Positions 9,086 through 17,681 of a stretch of 45,638 bases of DNA are shown piece after piece (positions within the stretch are counted from its first letter, which is position 1; each line of letters opens with the position of its first letter). Where the stretch lies: the IMG/VR virus record IMGVR_UViG_3300017700_000356, positions 1 to 45,638 of that record; one strand, 5' to 3'. The stretch comes from a virus (lineage: Duplodnaviria > Caudoviricetes). The notes below the pieces were generated by a model. It was not told the DNA's origin, searched no databases, and worked only from the letters and a program-made list of their open reading frames with translations. The translations under genes and the position numbers were made by a program.

Positions 9086-9954
9086 CAGATCACAGGGCTC
9101 CAAGCATCGCAGCCCTTTGGAATGAAGTCTTCAGGTATAACACCATTGAACCTGTTGCAGTGCCACTGCCCGTCTTGGACTGCCGCAGCATAGCGACAGG
9201 ATCGGCAATTCTTTTCGGCCTTGGCGCCGTTGTGGCAATGGTCCTTCATGTCGCACATCTTGCAAATATGGAACGCTTCAGTGTTGGCGATCTTGGCCGG
9301 AGGAAACTGCGCAAAGATGATCTTGCTTGCGCGAACCTCTAATTCAACGGCTCTGTTCCAATCGAGTTCAACGATCTCAATATGTAGTTCGTCGGTGTTC
9401 TTGTTGACGGACATGTAAAGCGCATTGCGGAAACCATAATGCTTGCCATAGACACACATTTGGTCGTAATGCTTTGGGATGATAAGTTTGACGCCTTTCT
9501 TAAGCAGATTGGCAAATTCCCCATCGTCTTTATGTGTCTTGAACTCGCATAGCAGGGGCTCGTCAATTCCGTATTGTAATGGTGGCCGATTGACGCCATC
9601 AAGGCTGCCGCCGAAATGACCATGACAAGCCTTAATGCGATGTTGCGATCCATCTTCGGCCACATCCCAAACTTGGAACCCAATACCGCGCAGGTATTCG
9701 AGGAACCTTGCTTCTTCTAAGTGACCGCGCCGGAACAACCGTTGCATGCGGCCTTCATGTTTCTTGTGGTGAACATGACGAAACACCAAATACAGGTAAC
9801 GAGCGCAGTCATGACCAATAAGCGACGCGCCTAGATGGTTGCGGTGCCCGCCGTCATAGGTGCGCTGCGCATACAGCTCGATGTCGCGCAGAATGTCTTC
9901 TGCGATCTTCTTGCGCATGCCGGGCGTGTTGAGGTTGACAGGCAGGTTGAACAC
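9085..9954 (-). CDS. Cas4/RecB-like PD-(D/E)xK exonuclease
   Basis: GHDCAR...SLDG...CEFKT...QMCVY...CKMCDMKDHC Fe-S staple pattern. Confidence 0.85.
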   Translation of the reverse strand: MFNLPVNLNTPGMRKKIAEDILRDIELYAQRTYDGGHRNHLGASLIGHDCARYLYLVFRHVHHKKHEGRMQRLFRRGHLEEARFLEYLRGIGFQVWDVAEDGSQHRIKACHGHFGGSLDGVNRPPLQYGIDEPLLCEFKTHKDDGEFANLLKKGVKLIIPKHYDQMCVYGKHYGFRNALYMSVNKNTDELHIEIVELDWNRAVELEVRASKIIFAQFPPAKIANTEAFHICKMCDMKDHCHNGAKAEKNCRSCRYAAAVQDGQWHCNRFNGVIPEDFIPKGCDAWSPVI

Positions 9955-9987
9955 GTCAGGCAGCTTTCGACAGGATTAGAAGCCAAG

Positions 9988-10054
9988 ACGCCCGGCAGTT
10001 GGTAAGGCTGCCGGGCGCCGGATCAAGCGGTTGTTAGGTCCGCTCAACAACCGC
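9988..10054 (-). terminator. Two intergenic stem-loops downstream of SSB (attenuator or mRNA stabiliser)
   Basis: GCGGTTGTT/AACAACCGC at 10027-10054 and CGCCCGGCAG/CTGCCGGGCG at 9989-10017. Confidence 0.45.
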
Positions 10055-10169
10055 GATGTCAGCCCTGCGGGCCATTCCACGGCGATCCACCCGGCTGCGG
10101 GGCGACGCCACCCTGAACGAAGCCCTGCTGCGGCTGCTGCGGCTGCTGTGCCTGCTGCGGCTGCTGAGG

Positions 10170-10859
10170 TCATGCGCCCGGAGCTGCGGCTGCCGGCTGC
10201 TGCTGCGGCTGCTGCTGAACGGGCTGTGCCGGCCAACCACCCGCCTGCGGTCCCGGCTGCGGCTGCTGCTGGAACTGCTGCGGCTGTTGCTGAACCGGCT
10301 GCTGAACCGGCTGCTGTGGCTGCTGAAACTGCTGCTGCGGCTGCTGCGGCTGGAACTGCTGTTGCGGCTGCGGCTGCGGCTGCCCGCCGAACTGCTGCGG
10401 CTGCCCTGCCGGTGCACCACCGCCGCCGTTGTTGCGCTTGTAGATGTCAAGCGCCGTTTCGCCGGCAGTGTTCTTGAAGTCGGGCCAGTCCTGATAGAAC
10501 TTGCCTTTGTTGTCGCCCTTGCCTTCGCGCGAGGCCGACTTGACGAAGAACGGGATGTTGGCGAGCTGCCCCGGATGGTTGAATGACAGCACATTGCAGA
10601 CGTGCATAATGGCCGACATCGTCTTTTGGGCGATGTCCATGGTCTGCTGCTTTTCAGCCTTGTGTTGGATCATGATGTTGCCGATCTTGTCGCGAACGGC
10701 GCCGTCAAGCCCCTTGATCGTCAGGTGCCACGACATGCCGTCGTTGTTGGTGTTCGGCTTTTCTTCGGCCTTGGTGATGACCACAGGCCACCAACCTTCC
10801 GGCCACTGTTCGAAGCCAAGCGAGGGCTCGACTGCGCGGGCGTCAAAATTCCAAGTCAT
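10170..10859 (-). CDS. Single-stranded DNA-binding protein (DUF669-like) with Q/P-rich tail; frame continues past the TGA to 10059
   Basis: WNFDARAVEP...PEGWWPVVITKAEEK start typical of DUF669; adjacent to AAA ATPase and nuclease. Confidence 0.75.
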   Translation of the reverse strand: MTWNFDARAVEPSLGFEQWPEGWWPVVITKAEEKPNTNNDGMSWHLTIKGLDGAVRDKIGNIMIQHKAEKQQTMDIAQKTMSAIMHVCNVLSFNHPGQLANIPFFVKSASREGKGDNKGKFYQDWPDFKNTAGETALDIYKRNNGGGGAPAGQPQQFGGQPQPQPQQQFQPQQPQQQFQQPQQPVQQPVQQQPQQFQQQPQPGPQAGGWPAQPVQQQPQQQPAAAAPGA

Positions 10860-10877
10860 CGATGTTGCTTCCTTCGC

Positions 10878-11582
10878 CTAACTCATGATCTTGCCGAACA
10901 ATGCGGTTAGGTCGCACGGTTCGAAGTCGTTACAGGGGTTGGCATTCTGCCCGTCTGTCCGGTGACGTGCCAGTGTTGTCATCGTTCCACGCATACGGAT
11001 AGCGCGTTGTTCGCCATAGCCGGGCACTTGGAACTTGCCAACCTGCGCAATCACATCGTATAGGCCCGGAACAGTAGAGTAAAGGTCTTTTCCGGGGAAG
11101 TAAGGCACAGTCATTTCCATGCCGTCAATGTTCGCCGTTCCTTGCTTACAGGTAAGGTAAACATGCTTCTGTTGCAGCGCATACAGGTCGAACAGATAGC
11201 GGTATGTTCGTTTGCTGATCTCGCCATACGCGGCCTTGCCATCAACCTTCGCGCCGCTGTTGCTTTTCTTCGACAGCTCTTCCAAGCGGATCAACTCCGC
11301 TAAGTAGCTGCCGCTATCAAGCCCGATGGTGTCGAAGTTGCGAACCTCATGTGATCCAAGCAACCACTTGAAGAACTCGTCAACGCGCTTCAGGTTGTTG
11401 ATCGCGTCATACGTCGGCACGTTGCTGTTGCGAAGCGAACCAAGCCCCGGCTCTATCGCGAGCAATAGCGGTCGTGGCGCCGTCTGAAGCATCGGTGTTT
11501 TACCACCGCCTGCCGGGCCATAATACATGCCCTTGACGCCATACATGCGCGCGAGTTGGTTGGCCGGAACAAAGTCTGACAT
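10878..11582 (-). CDS. AAA_24/Sak4-like ATPase (recombinase)
   Basis: YGPAGGGKT Walker A, IEPGLGSL, TIGLDSGS Walker B. Confidence 0.85.
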   Translation of the reverse strand: MSDFVPANQLARMYGVKGMYYGPAGGGKTPMLQTAPRPLLLAIEPGLGSLRNSNVPTYDAINNLKRVDEFFKWLLGSHEVRNFDTIGLDSGSYLAELIRLEELSKKSNSGAKVDGKAAYGEISKRTYRYLFDLYALQQKHVYLTCKQGTANIDGMEMTVPYFPGKDLYSTVPGLYDVIAQVGKFQVPGYGEQRAIRMRGTMTTLARHRTDGQNANPCNDFEPCDLTALFGKIMS

Positions 11583-11587
11583 GCTTG

Positions 11588-11995
11588 TCACGGGTGATCT
11601 TTCACAGGTTTGCGCAAGACTGGCAACTTCCACAGCCAAGGCATGTAACGGTCACACTTCGGATCGAAGTCTATGTGCGACACAATCGAGGTTGAGACAT
11701 GCGGCAGCCACTCACGATAGATCGAACGGCCGCCGCATACCCATATCTGCCGGTCACTGTGGGCAAGGGCAAACTCGTCAGGGCTGACGCCACGCTTCCA
11801 CACTACAACATCACGGCCGGGCAGGTCGGGCAGTGTTGCGAATGTGGCCTTGCCCACAATGCACAGGCCGCCCATCGTAACGGCCTTGAACATGGCGAGA
11901 TCATCGGGATCATGCCAAGGCAGTTGGCCGCGATTGCCAATCTGCCCGAAGTTGCCAATGGCAACAATAAGCTTGACATGCTTATGGCGTGCCAT
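11588..11995 (-). CDS. folA: Dihydrofolate reductase
   Basis: LIVA...IGNRGQLPWH..DLAMFKAVT..IVGKATF..LPGR..WVCGGRSIY. Confidence 0.9.
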   Translation of the reverse strand: MARHKHVKLIVAIGNFGQIGNRGQLPWHDPDDLAMFKAVTMGGLCIVGKATFATLPDLPGRDVVVWKRGVSPDEFALAHSDRQIWVCGGRSIYREWLPHVSTSIVSHIDFDPKCDRYMPWLWKLPVLRKPVKDHP

Positions 11996-11996
11996 G

Positions 11997-12464
11997 TCAC
12001 GCCTTGGGAACAACAAGCGTGATCTTCGGCGCTGCGGGGCTGATCTTCAGGGCCTTGTCAATGGCCTTCTTGATCGGGCTGTCATCCGCCAACAAGCGGT
12101 ATTCGGTGATCGATAGTTCGGGCGACCACTTCACCAAGCGTTCAGCGATGAACTTGCCCTCATTGCCCATCTTTTCGATAGCATCAAGCGCCACGTCAGT
12201 CGCCAGCGGCAACATGCCGCTTTCCGGCTTGGGCTTGTCGCTGTTGGACAGGTTGAAGTTGAACGAATGAACATATTTGAGTTCGTAGCCGTTCCCCAAC
12301 GCAATCGTGTTGGTGCCTTCCTTCGGATCAGAAAAGAGCTTAGCGACGGCGTTGCGCGCGATAAGCTCTTCGGCCTTCAGCCTTTCGAGCTGTTCGGCCT
12401 TGTCTCGCCAAGCGAGAATGACGGCATCGCGTGCGGCATTGGCGATTTGTTCGGGTGTCTGCAT
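11997..12464 (-). CDS. Hypothetical phage protein
   Basis: 155-aa ORF with GGAG SD and its own promoter. Confidence 0.75.
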   Translation of the reverse strand: MQTPEQIANAARDAVILAWRDKAEQLERLKAEELIARNAVAKLFSDPKEGTNTIALGNGYELKYVHSFNFNLSNSDKPKPESGMLPLATDVALDAIEKMGNEGKFIAERLVKWSPELSITEYRLLADDSPIKKAIDKALKISPAAPKITLVVPKA

Positions 12465-12490
12465 GGTCTTAACTCCGGTGAACTGTTGCG

Positions 12491-12519
12491 AACGTATGTT
12501 GCAGCCAACGACAAGTCAA
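12491..12519 (-). promoter_or_regulatory. Promoter TTGACT-N17-TACGTT for the replication operon
   Basis: 17-bp spacer; -35 overlaps the upstream TGA. Confidence 0.6.
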
Positions 12520-13052
12520 CCCTTGGGCTTGCGGTGTTCGGTGACAAGCTTGCTGATGCTGTCTTCGACATCAACGGCCACGCTGCCGCCTTCATCGAGA
12601 TCACGCGGCGCGAACGGGTTGACGGCGACAGGATCGACAGCGGCCGGCATCGGCGGTGCCACGGGTGCAAGCGGGCGCATCTGCTGTGCTGACGACGCCG
12701 GCATGACAACGCCCGGTAGCTGCGGCGGGGCGTTGGCTAGGACCACGCGCAGGCCACGGCGAGCGGCTTCAGCTTCCAGCATGTCAGCCGGGGCATTCTG
12801 CAAGGTGTAAGTCGGTGCCTTCTGCACTTCGCTGAAGCCGGCATCACGAGTTAGGCCGATAACCATGTGATCGATGATCGCGAAAGCGTCGTTGTTGCTT
12901 TCGGTCCAATCCTGAAACTTGCCGTAGTTCTTTGCGGCGATGTAGCTTGCACGCATTCGGTTGCGTGAGTTTGCAGCGAACTCTTGGCCTTTGCTGTCGA
13001 GCTTGCCGAAAAATTCGAGGTAGTTTGTTCCAACGTCGCGAGCTGCGGACAT
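12516..13052 (-). CDS. Hypothetical protein (MSAARDVG...)
   Basis: AAGGA/AGGA SD upstream of ATG 13052. Confidence 0.7.
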   Translation of the reverse strand: MSAARDVGTNYLEFFGKLDSKGQEFAANSRNRMRASYIAAKNYGKFQDWTESNNDAFAIIDHMVIGLTRDAGFSEVQKAPTYTLQNAPADMLEAEAARRGLRVVLANAPPQLPGVVMPASSAQQMRPLAPVAPPMPAAVDPVAVNPFAPRDLDEGGSVAVDVEDSISKLVTEHRKPKG

Positions 13053-13162
13053 GTCCTGTTCCTTATGAGTGCCCCAAGGACCACCCGGCGCATTGTTGAC
13101 GAAGGCCACGCCGCGCCGGGCGGCTGTCGGTCTGGCAGGGGGGCTGACGCACCGACGACGCC

Positions 13163-13192
13163 ACCATGCCCCGGCGCTCGATCCTGTGTCAA
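13163..13192 (-). promoter_or_regulatory. Leftward promoter TTGACA-N18-CATGGT in the divergent region
   Basis: Consensus -35 at the strand switch. Confidence 0.5.
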
Positions 13193-13259
13193 GAACGATT
13201 TTGCTATTGTTTTTCGATCCGATCCGGCCTAGCGTCCCGGCCTCACTACGGGGATGATT

Positions 13260-13460
13260 ATGCGATCCAACCTTCGCGACACTGTGCGAAGCATGTTGCA
13301 AGAGCGCGCAAAGACTAAGCCGCTGAAGCATATTGCTAAAGAAGCCGATGCTGATTACTTCTTTGTTCGCAGGCTGGTCAACGGCGGCAATCAAGAACAC
13401 TCGGCTGAAAAGCTCGAACACCTTTACCGTTACCTTACGGGACGTGAGCTTCAGCTATGA
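13260..13460 (+). CDS. Small HTH (Cro/XRE-like) DNA-binding protein
   Basis: LKHIAKEADADYFFVRRLVNG HTH-like segment; directly upstream of the primase. Confidence 0.65.
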   Translation: MRSNLRDTVRSMLQERAKTKPLKHIAKEADADYFFVRRLVNGGNQEHSAEKLEHLYRYLTGRELQL

Positions 13461-15832
13461 GCTTTGACAACCTGCCTGACGAAATGAAGCAATATCGCCA
13501 ATGGATTGTTTGGCGGTATGAACAGACAGACAGCGGCAAACCAACGAAGGTGCCTTACACTGTCTTTGGCGAACCCGCATCTGTCACCGATCCGAACACT
13601 TGGACCGACTTCGCATCGGCTTGCATCGCAGCTCGACAGGCGCCTAACGATGGTCTTGGCTTCGTCTTCACTGATGCCGACCCGTTCATTGGTGTTGATC
13701 TCGATGAACCCAAGGATGCTGTGGGCAACCTGTTGACAGGCGAAGCCTACAACGAAGTCATACAGCGCCAAATCAAGGTGTTTCAGTCGTTCGACAGCTA
13801 CACGGAACATTCGCCATCAGGCAAGGGGTTGCACATCCTAGGCCGGGCGTCTGTGCCGGGTGGTCGTCGCCGTGCCTCGATGGAGATTTACAGCTCGCGT
13901 CGTTACTTCACGATGACCGGCAACGTGTATCATAACGTTCCGATCAAAGATGTTCAGGGTGTTGCAGAGATACTTTATAATCAAATGGGTGGTGGCATTC
14001 AACGCTACACCTATGACGGTGATGCAGAAGAGAAAGACACAGACGAGAACATAATGGCGATGGCGCTTGCTGCGGTCAACGGCGATAAGTTCAACGCCTT
14101 GATCACGGACAATTGGCAACAGTATTATACAAGCCAGTCTGAAGCCGACTTCGCCTTCATTGACATCGTCGCGTTCTACACACAGAACCGCAACCAAATC
14201 ATGCGGCTGTTCCGCGCCTGTCCGTTGGGGCAGCGTCGCAAGGCCAAACGCGACAAATATGTTACGGACATGATCGCCGCTAGCTTCGACAGGATGTTGC
14301 CACCGCTCGACATGAGCGGCTTGCACAACGCCGTTGAAGACTACAAGGCGCAACAGACGGCATCAGCAACCCCGCCAGCACCTGCGGCCATGGGGCAAGC
14401 TGATGCACAGGGCGCCGGGGCTGCGAGCCTTGGGCACAAAGCGGAACCGGCGCCCGCCCCTGCCATCACCTACCCGCGTGGCCTTGTTGGCGAGATCGCC
14501 CGCTTCATCTACAGCGCGAGCCCGCGCCCGGTTGATGAAATCAGCATTGCCGCAGCTCTTGGCCTCATGGCTGGCATCTGTGGCCGTAGCTACAATGTCA
14601 GCGGATCGGGGCTCAATCTCTATATGCTCATGCTCGCGCACACTGGCGTTGGCAAGGAAGCCATTGCCACGGGCATCAACAGGTTGATCCAAAGCGTGTC
14701 GCGCATCAGCGGCGACGGCTCAATCATGAGCACGCCTAGCATCGCCAAGTTCATCGGCCCGGAAGAGATCAGCAGCGGACAGGCGCTACAAAAGGCGTTG
14801 GCGACGCAATCCTGTTTCGTCTCGATTGTTGGCGAGTTCGGCTTGCGCATCGCAGCCCTAGCCAGCCCGCGCATCATGCAAAACGACATCATGCTGAAGC
14901 GCACGCTGTTGAGCCTCTACAGCCGATCCGGCAAGGGGCAGGCAATGGGCGCCATGGCCTACAGCGACAAAGACAAGAACATTGCTCAAATCCAAGCGCC
15001 AGCCTTCAGCCTGCTTGGCGAAAGCACGCCCGAAACGTTCTATCAAATCATCGATGAAGCGTTGATCAACGATGGTCTGTTGCCACGCTTCCTTGTCATC
15101 GAATACACAGGCGAGCGAAAGCAGCTCAACAAGCAGCACGCATGGGCGCAGCCAACCTTTGAGCTATCGGATCGCTTGGGCAAGCTCGTGATACAGGCGC
15201 ACGCATTGTCAGGACAGGGCAACCCGCTCGATGTGAGCTATGGCCCCGGCGCTGAACAATGGGCTGACGAGTTCGATGCGTATTGCACCAACAAGATCAA
15301 CGCCACCGGCAAAGAGGCCGTGCGCCATCTGTGGAACCGCGCACACCTGAAGCTGTTGCGGATCGCGGCGCTGGTCGCTGTGGGCAGCAACCCGCTTAAC
15401 CCTGTCATCGAACGCGAAGATATTGCTTGGGCTTACAACTTGGTCAACGCTGACATCGTGCGATTGATCGGCAAGTTTGAACGCGGTGAAACAGGCCGTG
15501 TTGAAGAGTTCGACAATCTGCGCCAGCTCAAAGACATGTATAAGGCGTTCATGGACTTCAACACGCGACCGTTTGACGAGCTGAGAAACTACGGCGTGAA
15601 ACAGGATGCCCACACTTTGCACATGATCAGCCATTCATATGTCAGTCGCAAGTTGTCTGCTGTTGCATCATTCCGAAAGGATCGTCGCGGCGCAACTGTT
15701 GCGATCAAAGCGTGTCTGACTGAATTGTTGACGAGCGGTGTGATTGCTAAGGTGCCACCGCAGCAAGTTGCTAATGTATTGAAGGCATCGGGCGATCATT
15801 ATGCACTGGTCGATCTCAATTGGACCGTGTGA
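13457..15832 (+). CDS. Primase-polymerase (NrS-1-like) fused to a helicase-like domain
   Basis: QWIVW..KVPY..GLGFVF..GVDLD..SPSGKGLH..EIY..YFTMTG; SQSEADFA helical domain; HTGVGKE P-loop-like motif. Confidence 0.88.
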   Translation: MSFDNLPDEMKQYRQWIVWRYEQTDSGKPTKVPYTVFGEPASVTDPNTWTDFASACIAARQAPNDGLGFVFTDADPFIGVDLDEPKDAVGNLLTGEAYNEVIQRQIKVFQSFDSYTEHSPSGKGLHILGRASVPGGRRRASMEIYSSRRYFTMTGNVYHNVPIKDVQGVAEILYNQMGGGIQRYTYDGDAEEKDTDENIMAMALAAVNGDKFNALITDNWQQYYTSQSEADFAFIDIVAFYTQNRNQIMRLFRACPLGQRRKAKRDKYVTDMIAASFDRMLPPLDMSGLHNAVEDYKAQQTASATPPAPAAMGQADAQGAGAASLGHKAEPAPAPAITYPRGLVGEIARFIYSASPRPVDEISIAAALGLMAGICGRSYNVSGSGLNLYMLMLAHTGVGKEAIATGINRLIQSVSRISGDGSIMSTPSIAKFIGPEEISSGQALQKALATQSCFVSIVGEFGLRIAALASPRIMQNDIMLKRTLLSLYSRSGKGQAMGAMAYSDKDKNIAQIQAPAFSLLGESTPETFYQIIDEALINDGLLPRFLVIEYTGERKQLNKQHAWAQPTFELSDRLGKLVIQAHALSGQGNPLDVSYGPGAEQWADEFDAYCTNKINATGKEAVRHLWNRAHLKLLRIAALVAVGSNPLNPVIEREDIAWAYNLVNADIVRLIGKFERGETGRVEEFDNLRQLKDMYKAFMDFNTRPFDELRNYGVKQDAHTLHMISHSYVSRKLSAVASFRKDRRGATVAIKACLTELLTSGVIAKVPPQQVANVLKASGDHYALVDLNWTV

Positions 15833-15839
15833 GTTGCAT

Positions 15840-16090
15840 TAGCTTCGACAACAATATAGCGGAGTTAATGGGCGAATATAGCGGCTAAGTGATTGATGTT
15901 ACAGGGTATAATGGGGATTGAACAATATAATGGTCCTTAGGCTAGGGGTGGTGGAGGGGAGTTGCACCGAACTCGCCATCATGTCTTAAGAAACAGTATG
16001 TGTTATTATATTATTATATTATTATATTATTGATGATATTCCCAACAAATGCAGGGGTTTTCGCCGTATAACGGGCCGCTATAAACGGCG
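15840..16090. other. Candidate replication origin (AT-rich tandem repeats and short iterons)
   Basis: (TTATTATA)x3 at 16003-16026; AATATAGCGG x2; TATAATGG x2; non-coding, just after the primase. Confidence 0.6.
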
Positions 16091-16124
16091 TGTTGTCTAT
16101 TCAACCGAACAAGGGAATGTTGTT

Positions 16125-16565
16125 ATGGCCGCAACAGCGGGGCAGAATAAGGGCAAGCGCGGTGAACGCGAGGTCAAGGACAACTTTGTGGCGACAATGG
16201 AAGGTGTTGAAGCCCTAAAGTCGAAGACGGGTGTTTCATCTTTTGTCAAGCGGAACACCACGCAATCGGATCGCGGAGGCGACGACATTGTGGGCATCCC
16301 CTTGATTAGTGTCGAAGTGAAGCGGCATGAAACGCTTGCACTCAATACATGGTGGAAACAGGCAGTTGACCAAGCCAACAAGCTACGGTTGCAACCTGTG
16401 TTGGTCTATCGTCAGTCACGGAAGCCTTGGCGGGTGCAGACCTACGCCGTCTTGTGCCAGCCCGGCCGCAGCTCGACACAGTGGAACCGCGTTGACATCG
16501 AGCTGTCGGACTTCCTGACGTGGTATGCGCAACTTTACGCCGAATGGCTTGACACACAGCCCTGA
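16125..16565 (+). CDS. Holliday junction resolvase (PD-(D/E)xK)
   Basis: KGKRGEREV..GGDD..VEVKR..WWKQA..PVLVYRQSRKPW. Confidence 0.85.
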   Translation: MAATAGQNKGKRGEREVKDNFVATMEGVEALKSKTGVSSFVKRNTTQSDRGGDDIVGIPLISVEVKRHETLALNTWWKQAVDQANKLRLQPVLVYRQSRKPWRVQTYAVLCQPGRSSTQWNRVDIELSDFLTWYAQLYAEWLDTQP

Positions 16566-16604
16566 TCATTTACGGTCATGGCTTCATCTGCGGAGGGTAA
16601 TGTT

Positions 16605-17042
16605 ATGACCGAAGACGAGTTCAAGGACGGGCTCTACAAGCTGTTCCAGATGCACGGTGACAAGTCGCCGCGCAGTGAACACATGGAAAAGGTGCTTGAC
16701 GCTATGCTGTGGATGGCGCAGCGGCACAACTGCTGCTTGCGGCATGCGCTCGACGGCCTCAACAACAGCAGCCCGTCGGAGCTGAACGCCTGCACCATGG
16801 CGTCGGGTGCGATGACTGCCATGCGCGAGGGCAAGACGCCTGTGTTCGTGGCAATCGACAACTTGGCTAACGAGCTTGTTGCCAAGCGTGGCATTCGTCT
16901 TGATCAGGCATGGGAACTTGCAACCACGATCTGCGCGGGCTTGGCTGAACAAGGTGTCGATCTCGCTAAGCAGACGCCCATGGTCGCGACTGTCGAAGAG
17001 TTCGTCGCCATGTATGGGCAAGACAACACGACGCGCCACTGA
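16605..17042 (+). CDS. Hypothetical protein
   Basis: GGAGGG SD at 16592-16597, ATG 16605. Confidence 0.7.
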   Translation: MTEDEFKDGLYKLFQMHGDKSPRSEHMEKVLDAMLWMAQRHNCCLRHALDGLNNSSPSELNACTMASGAMTAMREGKTPVFVAIDNLANELVAKRGIRLDQAWELATTICAGLAEQGVDLAKQTPMVATVEEFVAMYGQDNTTRH

Positions 17043-17170
17043 TGGATGACCAAGACGACGGCTACGACCCGGAGATTGACGGCAGCGAGACCCGCGCGGG
17101 CTGCTTGATCTTCATCATTTGTCTGCTGGCAGCAGCCAACGTGTTAATGATGTTCTACAAGTGGAGTTGA
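17042..17170 (+). CDS. Small membrane protein (42 aa), not in the ORF track
   Basis: MDDQDDGYDPEIDGSETRAGCLIFIICLLAAANVLMMFYKWS; TGATG coupling. Confidence 0.6.
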   Translation: MDDQDDGYDPEIDGSETRAGCLIFIICLLAAANVLMMFYKWS

Positions 17171-17174
17171 CAAC

Positions 17175-17318
17175 ATGCCCAAAACAAGAACCCGTATTGC
17201 GTTAGCCGTGATGTTTCTTAGCATCATGATTATCATCGCCGTCGTGGTGCAGGGGTGTGCTAGCAAGCCGCCGCAGCCCATGGGCGAAAACATTTGGAAA
17301 GCAGTGCCCCGGTCATGA
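17175..17318 (+). CDS. Small putative lipoprotein (47 aa), not in the ORF track
   Basis: MPKTRTRIALAVMFLSIMIIIAVVVQG-CASK lipobox-like signal; GGAG SD. Confidence 0.65.
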   Translation: MPKTRTRIALAVMFLSIMIIIAVVVQGCASKPPQPMGENIWKAVPRS

Positions 17319-17680
17319 TGGTTACAATCGAATATGCAGCCGGCCTTGCCGTGCTGATGTTCTTGTGCGGCCTTGTCGTCATGCGTGCGCTAGGCCGCAT
17401 TCGTGCGGCTATCGGCAATGCTGTGGAAGCAAGGCAGCAAGTCAGCAACCCGTATGCCGATCCCGATGCACTCGACAAGATCGACTTGCGCACAGGCGAG
17501 CGCACCCGCGTTGTTCCGATTACCGACCCGGTGTGTGAATGCGGGTGCCGCAACTTCTATGAAGGGCCTTCAGGCGGCATGGCAACAAACATCAGTTGCG
17601 CCGACTGCGGCACTTGGTATAACATCGCGCCCATGTTGGGCATCTTCGAAAAGCTCGACAAGCCGAAGGAAAAAGTTTGA
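17315..17680 (+). CDS. Membrane-anchored Zn-ribbon protein
   Basis: N-terminal TM; CECGC...CADC. Confidence 0.65.
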   Translation: MMVTIEYAAGLAVLMFLCGLVVMRALGRIRAAIGNAVEARQQVSNPYADPDALDKIDLRTGERTRVVPITDPVCECGCRNFYEGPSGGMATNISCADCGTWYNIAPMLGIFEKLDKPKEKV

Positions 17681-17681
17681 C

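Noticed and set aside
9085-9954. Cas4-like gene as evidence of a CRISPR system
   Set aside because: No array or other cas genes; stand-alone Cas4-like nucleases are common in phage recombination modules
10170-10172. Genome-wide TGA=Trp recoding
   Set aside because: Many genes end in TGA with coupled starts, and TGG is used normally
10120-10410. CAG/CCG-rich repeats as a CRISPR or satellite array, and the Ala-, Ser- and Leu-rich ORFs over them
   Set aside because: They encode the Q/P tail of SSB; there is no repeat-spacer structure and the other frames are shadows
13254-13460. HTH gene as a lysogeny repressor
   Set aside because: No integrase, partition genes or CI-like peptidase domain seen; position before the primase fits a replication-linked role
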